Shown here piece by piece: positions 8,961 to 19,446 of a stretch of 64,000 nt of DNA. Positions within the stretch are counted from its first letter, which is position 1, and each line of letters begins with the position of its first letter. Origin of the DNA: Actinomycetota bacterium (GTDB taxonomy: Bacteria; Actinomycetota; Acidimicrobiia; Actinomarinales; Actinomarinaceae); assembly GCA_014239265.1 (NCBI GenBank), contig JAAZZH010000001.1:107419-171418 (forward strand). The letters are read 5' to 3'. The notes below the pieces were generated by a model. That model was given only the letters and a program-made list of their open reading frames with translations. It made no database searches and was not told where the DNA came from. Made by a program: the position numbers and the translations under genes.

Positions 8961-9932
8961 ATGAATACTATTGCTGTTGATGCAATGGGCGGTGATTCTG
9001 CTCCCGAAGAGATAGTGAAGGGTGCAATAAAAGCTAAAAATCTAGGTATAGATATAATTCTTTGTGGCGATAAAAACCTTATAGAACCTTTTTTAAATGA
9101 TTCTAAAATTCCAGTAGTTCATTATCCAGAAGTAATATCTATGGACGATGATCCAGCTAGGGCAATTAGAACCAAAAAAAATTCTTCTATAGTTGGAGCT
9201 ATGCAATTAGTTAAGGATAATAAAGCATCTGCTGTTTTTTCTGCCGGTTCAACTGGTGCAAGTTTAGTAGCAGCAATTTCTGTTTTAGGGAAAATTAAAG
9301 GTGTAATACGCCCAGCAATTGCATCTGTACTTCCATCAATCGATAGAGAGATTGTCTTATTAGATTCTGGTGCCAGTTTAGAGGTAAAGCCAAAAGTTTT
9401 ACTTCAATTCGCAGCAATGGGATCTAAATTTGCTGAGGTACTTTTTAACATACCAGCACCAAGGGTCGGATTATTAAATAATGGTGAAGAGTCTTCAAAA
9501 GGGCGTGATTTAGAAAAGAATACTTATAAACTTTTGAAAAGTTCAAATCTAAACTTTATTGGGAATATTGAAGGTAGAGATTTTGCAACAGATTCAGCAG
9601 ATGTATTTGTTACCGATGGCTTCACAGGAAATATTGTTTTAAAAACCATGGAGGGTACCGCTAGGCTTCAACAAAAGATGATCAAGAAATCATTTATTGA
9701 TAATCTATTTAAACCACTTTTATTACCAGTTAACAAAGCACTTAAGCCCGTCAAAGATAGACTTGATCCAGATAAAACTAACGGCGCTTATTTGCTAGGT
9801 GTTAATGGAGTTGTAACTATTGCACACGGGTCATCATCTGCAGAAGCTGTTATGAATTCCATAATTTTCTCAAACAAGACAGTGGAAAGTGGATTTATTT
9901 CCAAATTTACTGATACAATTTCTGAGTTATGA
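8961..9932 (+). CDS. plsX: Phosphate acyltransferase PlsX
   Basis: IAVDAMGGDSAP and GFTGNIVLK are present. The gene lies between rpmF and rnc. Confidence 0.9.
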   Translation: MNTIAVDAMGGDSAPEEIVKGAIKAKNLGIDIILCGDKNLIEPFLNDSKIPVVHYPEVISMDDDPARAIRTKKNSSIVGAMQLVKDNKASAVFSAGSTGASLVAAISVLGKIKGVIRPAIASVLPSIDREIVLLDSGASLEVKPKVLLQFAAMGSKFAEVLFNIPAPRVGLLNNGEESSKGRDLEKNTYKLLKSSNLNFIGNIEGRDFATDSADVFVTDGFTGNIVLKTMEGTARLQQKMIKKSFIDNLFKPLLLPVNKALKPVKDRLDPDKTNGAYLLGVNGVVTIAHGSSSAEAVMNSIIFSNKTVESGFISKFTDTISEL

Positions 9933-10609
9933 GTCAATCACCTTTGTCCGAATTTGAGAAAATTATTGGGCATACCTTTCAAAATATTAAATTCTTGAAG
10001 ATTGCATTAACTCATAAATCATATATTGATGAAAACCCAACACTTGAATCGAATCAACGTTACGAATTTCTTGGGGATACAATATTAGATTTTGATTTAA
10101 CAATTTATTTATTTAACAAATATCCAAATCTGGATGAAGGTAATCTTACAAAAATCCGATCTAGTGCTGTTAACCAAACTGCATTAGTAGAACTTGGCCA
10201 AAAAATTTCCATTGGTACATTTTTATACTTAAGCAAAGCAGAGGACTCAACTGGGGGTAGATTCAAGAAGTCAATTATAGAAGATGCCGTAGAGGCATTG
10301 ATCGCAGCACTTTTCTTTGACGGGGGTCTAGATACTGTTAATAATTTTGTATCAAAATTTATTTATCCAAATATAAAAGAACTTTCAGAAGATCCTGGTT
10401 CTAAAGATTACAAAACTCGATTACAAGAATATTATGCAAAAAAAGGACAAAAAGTTAATTACGAAGATAAATCTGCTGGTCCTGATCACAATAAAGAATT
10501 TTTATCCGAAGTTATTTTAAACGACAAAGTCATTGGTGTTGGAAAAGGAAAGTCAAAAAAAAGTGCACAACAGCATGCTGCAAAACAAGCTTTGAGTACT
10601 GTTAGCTAA
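9929..10609 (+). CDS. rnc: Ribonuclease III
   Basis: The YEFLGDTILDF signature and a C-terminal dsRBD (KEFLSEVIL...GKSKKSAQQHAAKQAL) are present. Confidence 0.9.
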   Translation: MSQSPLSEFEKIIGHTFQNIKFLKIALTHKSYIDENPTLESNQRYEFLGDTILDFDLTIYLFNKYPNLDEGNLTKIRSSAVNQTALVELGQKISIGTFLYLSKAEDSTGGRFKKSIIEDAVEALIAALFFDGGLDTVNNFVSKFIYPNIKELSEDPGSKDYKTRLQEYYAKKGQKVNYEDKSAGPDHNKEFLSEVILNDKVIGVGKGKSKKSAQQHAAKQALSTVS

Positions 10610-10639
10610 CCTAAAAAATAATTGTTATAATTTCCATTT

Positions 10640-11575
10640 ATGGATGGTTTCACAGTCGTATTAACAAGAAATAACATCGATGAATCTTTTCATGATATTG
10701 ATATTGTTAACAATAATTCTTTAGAAAGTTTTGATTACTTTCCAAGATCAGCAATAAAGCCATTTCAACTTATACCGTTAGTTTTTGAAATGCTAAAAAG
10801 GGGATTAGAAATAGATCTAAGAGAGATAGCACTTTTCTGCGCATCCCACTCAGGAGAAGCCTTACATACCACTAGGGTCAAAGATACTGCAGAAAAATAC
10901 TCTTTAAATTATGAAGACATATTTTGTGAAAAACAAATCCCATTTCATGATGAAACGTATAAGAAACTCCTTATTGAAGATGAACCAATTACAAAACTCC
11001 ATAATAATTGCTCCGGAAAGCACGTAGGTATGCTTCTTTTGTGCAATCTTCTTGATTTGGATATATTAAATTATCAAGAGTTGGACCACCCACTTCAACA
11101 AAAGATCGATTCATTTTATAAAGACTTATTTTCCTTAGATAATATTATTTATGGAGTTGATGGATGTGGTCTTCCCGCACCATATATAAATACAAAAATA
11201 TTCTTATCCAGTGTTAATAAACTTAATGATTCAGATATTTATAGAAAATCGTGGATGACTATTTTTAATTCATTTATTGCTCACCCTGATCATACAGCTG
11301 GAACTAACCGAGTTGATACGATTCTTATGCAGAAGAGTTCAAAAGATGTTCTTATTAAAGCAGGTGCTGAAGGATCTATGTTCTTTACAGATTTAAATAC
11401 CAGCACAGTTTTAGTATGTAAAGACGGATCTAAGAGGGGAGTTGAAATTGCATCTATGTATTTTGGAAAAAAACAAGGATACATTGATGAAAACTATTAC
11501 TCAAACTTTCTTAAATCGTTCACTCATAACAATCAAAATACAAAAGTTGCCGATATAAAAATTATAGAAAAATAG
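10640..11575 (+). CDS. Asparaginase II-family protein (PF06089-like)
   Basis: The conserved CSGKHVGMLLLC motif and DGCGLPAPY are present. The gene occupies the slot where fpg sits in Mycobacterium. Confidence 0.55.
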   Translation: MDGFTVVLTRNNIDESFHDIDIVNNNSLESFDYFPRSAIKPFQLIPLVFEMLKRGLEIDLREIALFCASHSGEALHTTRVKDTAEKYSLNYEDIFCEKQIPFHDETYKKLLIEDEPITKLHNNCSGKHVGMLLLCNLLDLDILNYQELDHPLQQKIDSFYKDLFSLDNIIYGVDGCGLPAPYINTKIFLSSVNKLNDSDIYRKSWMTIFNSFIAHPDHTAGTNRVDTILMQKSSKDVLIKAGAEGSMFFTDLNTSTVLVCKDGSKRGVEIASMYFGKKQGYIDENYYSNFLKSFTHNNQNTKVADIKIIEK

Positions 11576-11633
11576 GTTAAATACCAAAATTTTGGTGATT
11601 CTTTAGTATAATTATTACAACAACAGGGTAACA

Positions 11634-14294
11634 ATGTATTTAAAATCGATAGTCGTGAATGGCTTTAAGTCATTCGCTGAAAAAGTTAATATTGAACTTT
11701 CCAATAAGGTTAATGTTGTCGTAGGTCCAAACGGTTCAGGCAAATCGAACGTAGTAGACGCAATTTCTTGGGTATTAGGAACTCAAAGTCCAGGAACTTT
11801 ACGTACAAATAAAATGGAAGACGTTATATTTGCAGGAACTGAAAAACTTGCAGAAAAGGGATTTGCAGAAGTATACCTAAACTTTGTTGTTGACCCTGAA
11901 AAATTTAACGGATCAGAAGAAATCTCAATTGGTAGAAAACTTTTTAGAGATGGTGCTTCTGAGTATTTTATGAATGGTTTAAATTGCAGACTTCTTGATA
12001 TACAAGAATTCTTAAGTGATTTAGGTATAGGTAAACAGCAGCATACAATTATTTCACAAGGTCAAATTGCAGAAATATTAAATTCTAAACCTGAAGATCA
12101 TAGGGTTACAATTGAGGAAGCAGCAGGTATATTACCGTTTAAATTAAAAAAAGACAAAGCTTTAAGACGAATCGAATCTGGTGATAAGGAAATTAAAAGA
12201 GCTAAAGACGTCCTTAGAGAAATTAATAAACAACTTAAGCCATTAAAAATTCAAGCAGAACAAGCACAGGCACATGAAACACTCAGTAAATCTTTGCTTG
12301 AAAACAAAACAAATATCAATATTCTTAAATATAAAATATTCAAGGAGAAGGAAACTGGGATAAGCAGTGAGTTACAAACAACAATTAAAGATTTAGAAGA
12401 AGTTAATAAATCTACGGATGAAGCAAAGTCTCTAAAAACAAACCTCACTTCAGAATTGGGTCAAGGAGTATCAGTAAGCTCACTTTTTAAAGATTATTCA
12501 AACAAACTGTCTACAAAATCTGAACAAGTAAAATCAGTTGCACAAATAGCTACTGAAAGATTAGACAATCTTGAGAGGGAATCTATTCGTCAGGAAAAAC
12601 GATTAAGTGATTTACAAAATAAAGTTTTAACCAACACTCTAACGATAAACGATCTTTCAAATAAATTAATTTCAAAGAAAGACAATTTAACTAATTTAAA
12701 TCAAAACCTTGAATATCTTAATGTCCAACTTAATGAGAATAATAAAAACCAGTCTGCGTCGCTTGAGGTGAACGAAGCAATACTTGAGAAAGACTTAGAT
12801 TACCTAAAAAGAATTATTTCTAAACTTGAAGTAAACATAACTGATCGTGAAAACGAATACCAAAAATGGGATAAAGATAAAATTGTTAGTAGTGAGTTAT
12901 TAGATAGCCACTCATCTCTAATTTCAAAAAAAATCATACTCAAAAGTTCATTCTCAAAAGTCCGTAAAAATATTTCTTCTATTTTTGATAGAGAGCTAGA
13001 AGTAACGAGGAATAATCTTGATAAAATCAAATTAGAATACAAAAATAACGTTGATATTTTAAATTCAAAAGTCGAACAACAAGAAAGTATTTCTAACAAT
13101 TCCTCCTATAAAGATGAGTTAAAGAATCAGGAGGTAAGTTTACGTCAAAACTTAAAGCAACTTGAAGATGAAATTACATCTATATCTAATCAGTTAGTGT
13201 CAGCGGCTGAGCAAATAAAATTCCTAACTAATGAAAACTCTGATTTACAACTTACTATTGACGAAATACATTACGCTCCTGATCATAATTATAAAACTGA
13301 GCTTGAAAATATTATTGATAAATCCACTACTCTTATCAGTATTCTAAATAAATCTTCAGAATCTATGTTGCTACAAGCTAATGTCTACGAACAAAAGCAC
13401 GGTAATAAAAACATAAAAATTACTGAATTAGACAACCAGATAGAAAATCTTAACAAAAACTATTTATCACTTAATGAACAAAAAGGAAATCTTTCTATCA
13501 AAAAAGCAGAATACTCTTCTGAAAAAGCCCATTATTATTCAACACTTATAAACATGTATGGTGTTGAAACAGAAGTTATTGACTCTTTTATTTCCTCACA
13601 GTACAGTCAAAATGAAATAGAAAATGAAATAAGGACTATAGAGCAAAAATTAGAAAATATTGGTGTTGTTAATTACCTTGCAAAAACAGATTATGAACAA
13701 TTAGATACCCGTCACCAAGAGATTTCTAATTCCATAGAAGATCTAACTTCCTCAAAAAAAGAATTACTCGTTCATATTAAAGAAATTGAGGATGAAATAG
13801 AATTTAGAATAGATTCTTCATTCAACTCTATTTCACTACACTTTACAGAAATATTTGAACAGCTATTCCCAGGAGGGAAGGGCTCTCTTGAATTAACCAA
13901 TAAAGAGAACTTGCTAGAAACTGGTATTGAAATAAATGTACAACCTAAAGGTAAAAAGGTTAAAAAATTAAGTCTTCTTTCTGGTGGCGAAAGGTCTCTA
14001 GCGGCTATTGCTTTTCTTTTTGCTATTTTTAAATCTTTTCCAAGTCCATTTTACATTCTTGATGAGGTCGAAGCAGCCTTAGATGATGCCAACTTACATA
14101 GAATGATTAATTTATTAAATTATGTAAAAGATGATGCACAGTTCATTATTGTTACCCATCAACAGCAGACAATGCATGCTGGTGATATTCTATATGGTGT
14201 AACAATGGAACCAGGCTCAGGTTCTCGTATATTTATTAAAACAAAATCAGAATTTGAAAGCCTAATTGCTAACGAGGTAAATAAGGATGAATGA
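11634..14294 (+). CDS. smc: Chromosome segregation protein SMC, short form (886 aa, no recognisable hinge)
   Basis: The N-terminus is KSIVVNGFKSFAEK...VVGPNGSGKSNVVDAISWVLG. The C-terminus carries LSGGERSLAAIAFLFAIFK...FYILDEVEAALD. The middle is coiled-coil only. Confidence 0.8.
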   Translation: MYLKSIVVNGFKSFAEKVNIELSNKVNVVVGPNGSGKSNVVDAISWVLGTQSPGTLRTNKMEDVIFAGTEKLAEKGFAEVYLNFVVDPEKFNGSEEISIGRKLFRDGASEYFMNGLNCRLLDIQEFLSDLGIGKQQHTIISQGQIAEILNSKPEDHRVTIEEAAGILPFKLKKDKALRRIESGDKEIKRAKDVLREINKQLKPLKIQAEQAQAHETLSKSLLENKTNINILKYKIFKEKETGISSELQTTIKDLEEVNKSTDEAKSLKTNLTSELGQGVSVSSLFKDYSNKLSTKSEQVKSVAQIATERLDNLERESIRQEKRLSDLQNKVLTNTLTINDLSNKLISKKDNLTNLNQNLEYLNVQLNENNKNQSASLEVNEAILEKDLDYLKRIISKLEVNITDRENEYQKWDKDKIVSSELLDSHSSLISKKIILKSSFSKVRKNISSIFDRELEVTRNNLDKIKLEYKNNVDILNSKVEQQESISNNSSYKDELKNQEVSLRQNLKQLEDEITSISNQLVSAAEQIKFLTNENSDLQLTIDEIHYAPDHNYKTELENIIDKSTTLISILNKSSESMLLQANVYEQKHGNKNIKITELDNQIENLNKNYLSLNEQKGNLSIKKAEYSSEKAHYYSTLINMYGVETEVIDSFISSQYSQNEIENEIRTIEQKLENIGVVNYLAKTDYEQLDTRHQEISNSIEDLTSSKKELLVHIKEIEDEIEFRIDSSFNSISLHFTEIFEQLFPGGKGSLELTNKENLLETGIEINVQPKGKKVKKLSLLSGGERSLAAIAFLFAIFKSFPSPFYILDEVEAALDDANLHRMINLLNYVKDDAQFIIVTHQQQTMHAGDILYGVTMEPGSGSRIFIKTKSEFESLIANEVNKDE

Positions 14295-14685
14295 GAGTGA
14301 TACAAAACTAGCAAAACTTGCAGAAGAAATTGCTAAAACAGCGTATGCTCCATACTCAAAATTCCGTGTAGGTGCAGCTTTGATTACAAGCAGTGGCAAT
14401 ATTTACACAGGTTGTAATATTGAAAATGCATCATATCCAGCCACGGTCTGTGCAGAAGATGTTGCTGTGTTTAAGGCAATATCAGAAGGTGAGACAAAAA
14501 TTGAAACTTTAGCTGTTGCCTGCATTGATGCTGAAGAGCAACCAATTTTCCCCTGTGGCGTTTCAAGGCAGAGAATGTCTGAATTCGGAACTGAAGATGT
14601 TATTGTGGTCCATAAAGGTGAGGCGAAGAAGTACAAATTTGAAGATGTGCTTCCATTCGATAATAAGATAAAATTTAAAGACTAA
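14287..14685 (+). CDS. cdd: Cytidine deaminase
   Basis: The zinc-binding motifs CAEDVAV and PCGVSRQ are present. Confidence 0.85.
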   Translation: MNESDTKLAKLAEEIAKTAYAPYSKFRVGAALITSSGNIYTGCNIENASYPATVCAEDVAVFKAISEGETKIETLAVACIDAEEQPIFPCGVSRQRMSEFGTEDVIVVHKGEAKKYKFEDVLPFDNKIKFKD

Positions 14686-15605
14686 AGAGATTCGATAAGC
14701 TTTGGAATGATACTTAATGTATCTCCAACAACACCAAAATCTGCAATCTGAAATATTGGAGCTTCTTCATCTTTATTAATAGCAATAATAAATTTTGAGT
14801 CTTTCATGCCTACTTGATGTTGGGTTGCACCAGATATACCGCAAGCAATGTACACATCAGGTTTTACAGTTTTACCTGTTTGCCCAACTTGTTGTGAATA
14901 AGGCATCCAACCTGCGTCGACTATGGCCCGAGTGCCACCTATTGCGGCGTTTAATTTATTAGCTAATTCTTCTATAAATTTTAGATTTTCCACATCGACC
15001 ATACCTCTACCTGCCGATATAACAATTTTGGAATCTTCAAGTTGTGGACCTGTTTTCTCCTCTATAAAAATATCTTGAACTGCTACTGAAAGATTATTTT
15101 TTTCAATTGAAACTGTTTCGTAGTTATCATTTAACTCAATTTCTGAAGGTTCAAATGACTTTGGCCTAATGATCAAAACTTTAACTTCAGAAGTAACATT
15201 CGTCAGGTAATCACTCTCACCACCGTCTATTGAGTTGGTTGTGGATAAGTTATCACCATCAATTTTAAAATTCACTACATTAGAAATTGGACTAGCGTTT
15301 AAATCCACAGATAAAAATCCAGCTATATCTCGCCCTACATATGTAGAAGAAGCTAAAACAAGATTAATTGACTCAGATTTAATTATGTTACTTATTTCGT
15401 CAGCAATTGATGCGAGAGATAATTCATTCTGATTAAGCTTCATGTAAGTATTTTTAAAGGTATCAGAGCCAATTTTAGGATTTTCATCAGAGCCAATAGT
15501 AATTAGTTTAAAGTCTAGACCTTCTTGTGTTATTTTAGATATTAATTCAAGTGTTCCAGAGGAAATTGTTCCATTGCTAGTTTCACCTATTATTAAAGAT
15601 TTCAT
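14682..15605 (-). CDS. etfA: Electron transfer flavoprotein alpha subunit
   Basis: The C-terminal FAD-binding motif is IAINKDEEAPIFQIADFGVVGD, with PDVYIACGISGATQH. Confidence 0.85.
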   Translation of the reverse strand: MKSLIIGETSNGTISSGTLELISKITQEGLDFKLITIGSDENPKIGSDTFKNTYMKLNQNELSLASIADEISNIIKSESINLVLASSTYVGRDIAGFLSVDLNASPISNVVNFKIDGDNLSTTNSIDGGESDYLTNVTSEVKVLIIRPKSFEPSEIELNDNYETVSIEKNNLSVAVQDIFIEEKTGPQLEDSKIVISAGRGMVDVENLKFIEELANKLNAAIGGTRAIVDAGWMPYSQQVGQTGKTVKPDVYIACGISGATQHQVGMKDSKFIIAINKDEEAPIFQIADFGVVGDTLSIIPKLIESL

Positions 15606-16351
15606 ATTGCTTTGATTTCCTTCAATTTTTCAATAATTAGGTTGAAAGCTTCACCCTCATCAATATGCTTCTCTCCACTTTTATCATTTGATATAGATTT
15701 GATTTCAATAAATTCTTGATTCTGTTCAGCTGTCAAGTTAATTGATGATATGTCAACTTGCTCTACAACCTTAGATTTTGCAGCCATTATGTCCTTAAAG
15801 TTTGGGTATCTTGGTTCAACGCCACTTGCTGTTACTGATATCACACACTTAGAAGGCATCACAACCTTTTCAGAACCAGTAATAGTCTGTCGGGTAAGGA
15901 GAGTTTCATCATTGATTTCAATCCCTTTTACATAAGAGATGCAAGGTAAATCTAGATATCTAGAGACTTGTTGAGGAACCACTCCAGAATATCCATCAGA
16001 AGATTCTGTTCCAAAAATTACGATATCAGCTTGAGCTAATTTTGCAATCTCACTGAGTACATTTGAAGTCATTAGAGAATTTGAATTTTTAAGTGATTCA
16101 TCTTCTATTACTAATGCTTTGTCAGCACCCATTTGCAATGCTTGTTGAATACCTTTTTGAGTACCGAGTTTACCCATGCTTATGACGGTAACTTCAGCAT
16201 CAAACTTTTCTTTTAGCTGAAGAGCGACCTCAATACCGTATCTGTCTGTATCATCTAGAACTTGTTCATCAGGTCTAATAATTGTTCCATTTTCATACTT
16301 TACAGCTATTGCCGGATCTGGAATTTGTTTGGCACATACTGCAATTTTCAT
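15602..16351 (-). CDS. etfB: Electron transfer flavoprotein beta subunit
   Basis: The N-terminus is MKIAVCAKQIPDP. It shares a 4-bp overlap with etfA. Confidence 0.85.
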   Translation of the reverse strand: MKIAVCAKQIPDPAIAVKYENGTIIRPDEQVLDDTDRYGIEVALQLKEKFDAEVTVISMGKLGTQKGIQQALQMGADKALVIEDESLKNSNSLMTSNVLSEIAKLAQADIVIFGTESSDGYSGVVPQQVSRYLDLPCISYVKGIEINDETLLTRQTITGSEKVVMPSKCVISVTASGVEPRYPNFKDIMAAKSKVVEQVDISSINLTAEQNQEFIEIKSISNDKSGEKHIDEGEAFNLIIEKLKEIKAI

Positions 16352-16399
16352 ATTGGTATATTCTAATAAATCTTTTTAAATTAGATAAATATATTCACT

Positions 16400-17569
16400 T
16401 TATTTATTAACAATATATTCATAAAATGAATTTCCATCATCGAAGATATCCGGGATATCAAAGTAATTGCATATTGTTGAGGCAATATCTGCAAATGATA
16501 ACCTATCTCCTATATACATATTCTTGATATTATTTTGGTATGCTACAAGAGGAACAAATTCTCTTGAATGATCTGTTTTACCATCTGTAGGATCAGTTCC
16601 ATGGTCACCGGTTATTATTAACAAATCATTGTCATTCAATTCTTTAAGAATATTATTTAATCCCGAGTCAATGACTTTTAAGCCTTCGTAGTAGCCTTTA
16701 GGATCCTCTCTATGCCCATAGACCATATCTAGATCAACAAGGTTGATGAAATAAAAGTCGTAATCTGATTTCTTTATTAACTCTAACAATGTTGTTATTC
16801 CGTCATAATCGCCTTCTGTGTGAATTGTTTGATGAAGGTATTCTTCTCCAAATAGATCACTAATTTTTCCGACACCAAAATTTTTAAATCCATTATTACT
16901 AAGATGACTTAATATAGTTTCCCCTGGAGGGGTTATACCAAAGTCTTTTCTATCATATGTTCTAACAAAGTTATTATCACTACCTTTAAATGGTCTAGCT
17001 ATGACTCTTCCGATATTAAATTTATTACACACTTCTCTAGCTATTTCTGAAACTTTGTATAAATCTTTAATGCTTAATACATCCTCATGAGCAGCTATTT
17101 GAAATACTGAATCACCAGATGTATAAAGAATCAATGCCTTTGTATCTAGGTGTTCTTTTCCAAGTTCATTAATTATTTCAGTACCCGATGCATGACAATT
17201 ACCAATAAAGATATGTCCCGACTTAGCCTCAATTTCAGATATCAATTCTTTTGGGAAACCATTCGGAAAAACTTCAAAGGCTTTGTTGGTAACAAGACCT
17301 GCGATTTCCCAGTGTCCAGTTGTTGAATCATTACCTAATGACTTTTCAGCAAGTCTCCCAACAACACCTTTGTATTCTTTTGATGGAAGTCCATTAATTG
17401 GTGTCATTTTCCCAAAACCAAGTTTATTAAATGTAGGTAACTTCAGTGGACCGACAGTATTTGCAACATTTCCAAAGGTATTGGCATTCTCGTCACCATA
17501 TTCTTTAGCATCAGGAGCAGCTCCAACTCCAAGAGAATCAATAACTAGTAGAACACACTTTTTTGGCAT
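16400..17569 (-). CDS. deoB: Phosphopentomutase
   Basis: LLVIDSLGVGAAPDA, GHREDP and ITGDHGTDPT are metalloenzyme motifs. Confidence 0.85.
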   Translation of the reverse strand: MPKKCVLLVIDSLGVGAAPDAKEYGDENANTFGNVANTVGPLKLPTFNKLGFGKMTPINGLPSKEYKGVVGRLAEKSLGNDSTTGHWEIAGLVTNKAFEVFPNGFPKELISEIEAKSGHIFIGNCHASGTEIINELGKEHLDTKALILYTSGDSVFQIAAHEDVLSIKDLYKVSEIAREVCNKFNIGRVIARPFKGSDNNFVRTYDRKDFGITPPGETILSHLSNNGFKNFGVGKISDLFGEEYLHQTIHTEGDYDGITTLLELIKKSDYDFYFINLVDLDMVYGHREDPKGYYEGLKVIDSGLNNILKELNDNDLLIITGDHGTDPTDGKTDHSREFVPLVAYQNNIKNMYIGDRLSFADIASTICNYFDIPDIFDDGNSFYEYIVNK

Positions 17570-17574
17570 ATTTT

Positions 17575-18195
17575 CTAAACTGTTCCAAACAGTCGATCTC
17601 CCATGTCGCCTAGCCCTGGCACAATGTAATAGTTTTCATTAAGTTTTTCATCAACTGATGTTGTTAACAATGTAATATCTGGATGTTTAGTTGAAATAAA
17701 TTCTATTCCTTCAGGTGAAGAGATGACAGTTAAAGCATATATTTTCCTGGGTTCAAATTTTTTAACTGTGTCTATAGCGAAAGACAATGAGCCTCCTGTT
17801 GCAAGCATTGGTTCAAGAATGAAAACATCTTTGTCCTTAATTTCAGGAAGATTTTCATAGTAATTTTCAGGTTCTGCAGTTTCTTCATTTCTCTGAACGC
17901 CTATATATCCAAAAGTCATATTAGGTATTAAATCTTTAGGTCCATCGATTAATCCAAGACCTGCTCGTAAAACTGAAACAGCAACAGTGTTAGATGCTAG
18001 TTCTTTACCATCTGTTTCAATTAGAGGTGTTTCAATTTTTACATTTTCAAGAGGCAGTTGTTTTGTTGCTTCTATTATTAGTAGATACGACAATTTTGAA
18101 GCTGCATGTCTGAATGTTTCAAAAGTTGTTGTTTTGTCTCTCAGAACAGTTAGATAATGTTTTGAGAGTGGATGTGATAATTCTATAATTTCCAT
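17575..18195 (-). CDS. upp: Uracil phosphoribosyltransferase
   Basis: The C-terminal motif is YIVPGLGDMGDRLFGT, and a PRPP-binding loop is present. Confidence 0.9.
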   Translation of the reverse strand: MEIIELSHPLSKHYLTVLRDKTTTFETFRHAASKLSYLLIIEATKQLPLENVKIETPLIETDGKELASNTVAVSVLRAGLGLIDGPKDLIPNMTFGYIGVQRNEETAEPENYYENLPEIKDKDVFILEPMLATGGSLSFAIDTVKKFEPRKIYALTVISSPEGIEFISTKHPDITLLTTSVDEKLNENYYIVPGLGDMGDRLFGTV

Positions 18196-18321
18196 TAAAG
18201 ATAGAGTAGTTAATTTTTAAAATGATTTCTACCTTTATTATTTTAAAGATATATTATTAAATCTGACTGTTTAAGATGCAGTTAAAGTAATATAGAATTT
18301 CGTAATTAATAAGGACAAACA

Positions 18322-18729
18322 ATGGCAGTAAAAATTAGACTTGCACAGAGAGGTAAGAAAAAAACTCGTACTTACAGAGTTGTTGTTGCTGATGCACGAT
18401 CACCTCGAGATGGTAAGTTTATTGAAGATCTTGGTTTTTACAATCCACATGATAATCCTTCAACAGTTGATATTGATGTTGAAAAAGCAGTATCTTGGTT
18501 AGATAAAGGTGCACAACCATCCGATAGAGTACAAAAATTACTAGAGATATCTGGAGCCTGGGCACAATGGCGATCTACAAAAGGTGAAGTAGTTTCTATT
18601 CCAAAAGCACCAGAACCAAAGATTAAAAGTAGTTCAAAAGCAAATATTAAAAAGACTGAAGCAGCAGCGGAAGCAGAAGTAGAAGTAGAAGTAGTGTCAG
18701 ATACCTCAGAGGGAAGTGAAGAAGAATAA
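18322..18729 (+). CDS. rpsP: 30S ribosomal protein S16 (with an acidic C-terminal extension)
   Basis: The N-terminus is [42 protein letters not shown]. Confidence 0.9.
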   Translation: MAVKIRLAQRGKKKTRTYRVVVADARSPRDGKFIEDLGFYNPHDNPSTVDIDVEKAVSWLDKGAQPSDRVQKLLEISGAWAQWRSTKGEVVSIPKAPEPKIKSSSKANIKKTEAAAEAEVEVEVVSDTSEGSEEE

Positions 18730-18983
18730 TGTCTGAATCAGGAAATATAGTAAAAAATGTAGTTGAGTATATTGTTACTCAAATTGTAGAGAATGAAGAC
18801 GAAGTCAAGGTAGAAGTTGCCTCATCAACTGATGATAAGGTAGCTATCGAAGTTAGAACTTCATCAAACGATATGGGTAGAGTCATAGGTAAAAGAGGCC
18901 GTGTAGCGAGAGCTATTAGGACAGTCGCACAAGCTGCAGCTGATGAAGAAGGTCTCGATTCATCTGTTGAATTTATTGACTAA
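18729..18983 (+). CDS. KH-domain RNA-binding protein (Mycobacterium Rv2908c-like)
   Basis: The GxxG loop is VIGKRGRVARAIRTV. It sits in the conserved rpsP-KH-rimM position. Confidence 0.8.
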   Translation: MSESGNIVKNVVEYIVTQIVENEDEVKVEVASSTDDKVAIEVRTSSNDMGRVIGKRGRVARAIRTVAQAAADEEGLDSSVEFID

Positions 18984-19446
18984 TAATCTTTTTACGTTAG
19001 GAATACTCGGAAAACCACATGCACTTCATGGTTATTTATATTTAAACCACGATATCTATTTCAGACAGTTTGATTTAACTGGCTTACACGTTTTCATCAA
19101 TGGCAATTCATATGAAATTGAGGATTTTAAAAAACACCTGAAAGAGCGTTTTTTAATTAAATTAAAAGGTCTAAACTCAATTTCTGATATTGAGATATTT
19201 AGAAATAAAAATATATATATAACTTCTGACCAAGTTACTTTATATGTCGCAGAAAATCTTCCCTGGCCTGGTTTTTTTGTTGATTCAAAATTAAATAGCC
19301 AGTACTTTGTTAAAGACTATTTCTATGCTGATAAATTAATCTTTCTAACTCTAAAAGATACAGAGGATATAGTAGTTCCATACAATACAAACTTTTTTAG
19401 TTATGAGAATGAAGAACTACAGTTAATTAATTTTGATTTAGCTTAA
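18976..19446 (+). CDS. rimM: 16S rRNA processing protein RimM
   Basis: GILGKPHALHGYLYL is present. The start is uncertain: TTG 18976 or 18967, or ATG 18943 (overlapping the KH gene). Confidence 0.7.
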   Translation: MTNNLFTLGILGKPHALHGYLYLNHDIYFRQFDLTGLHVFINGNSYEIEDFKKHLKERFLIKLKGLNSISDIEIFRNKNIYITSDQVTLYVAENLPWPGFFVDSKLNSQYFVKDYFYADKLIFLTLKDTEDIVVPYNTNFFSYENEELQLINFDLA

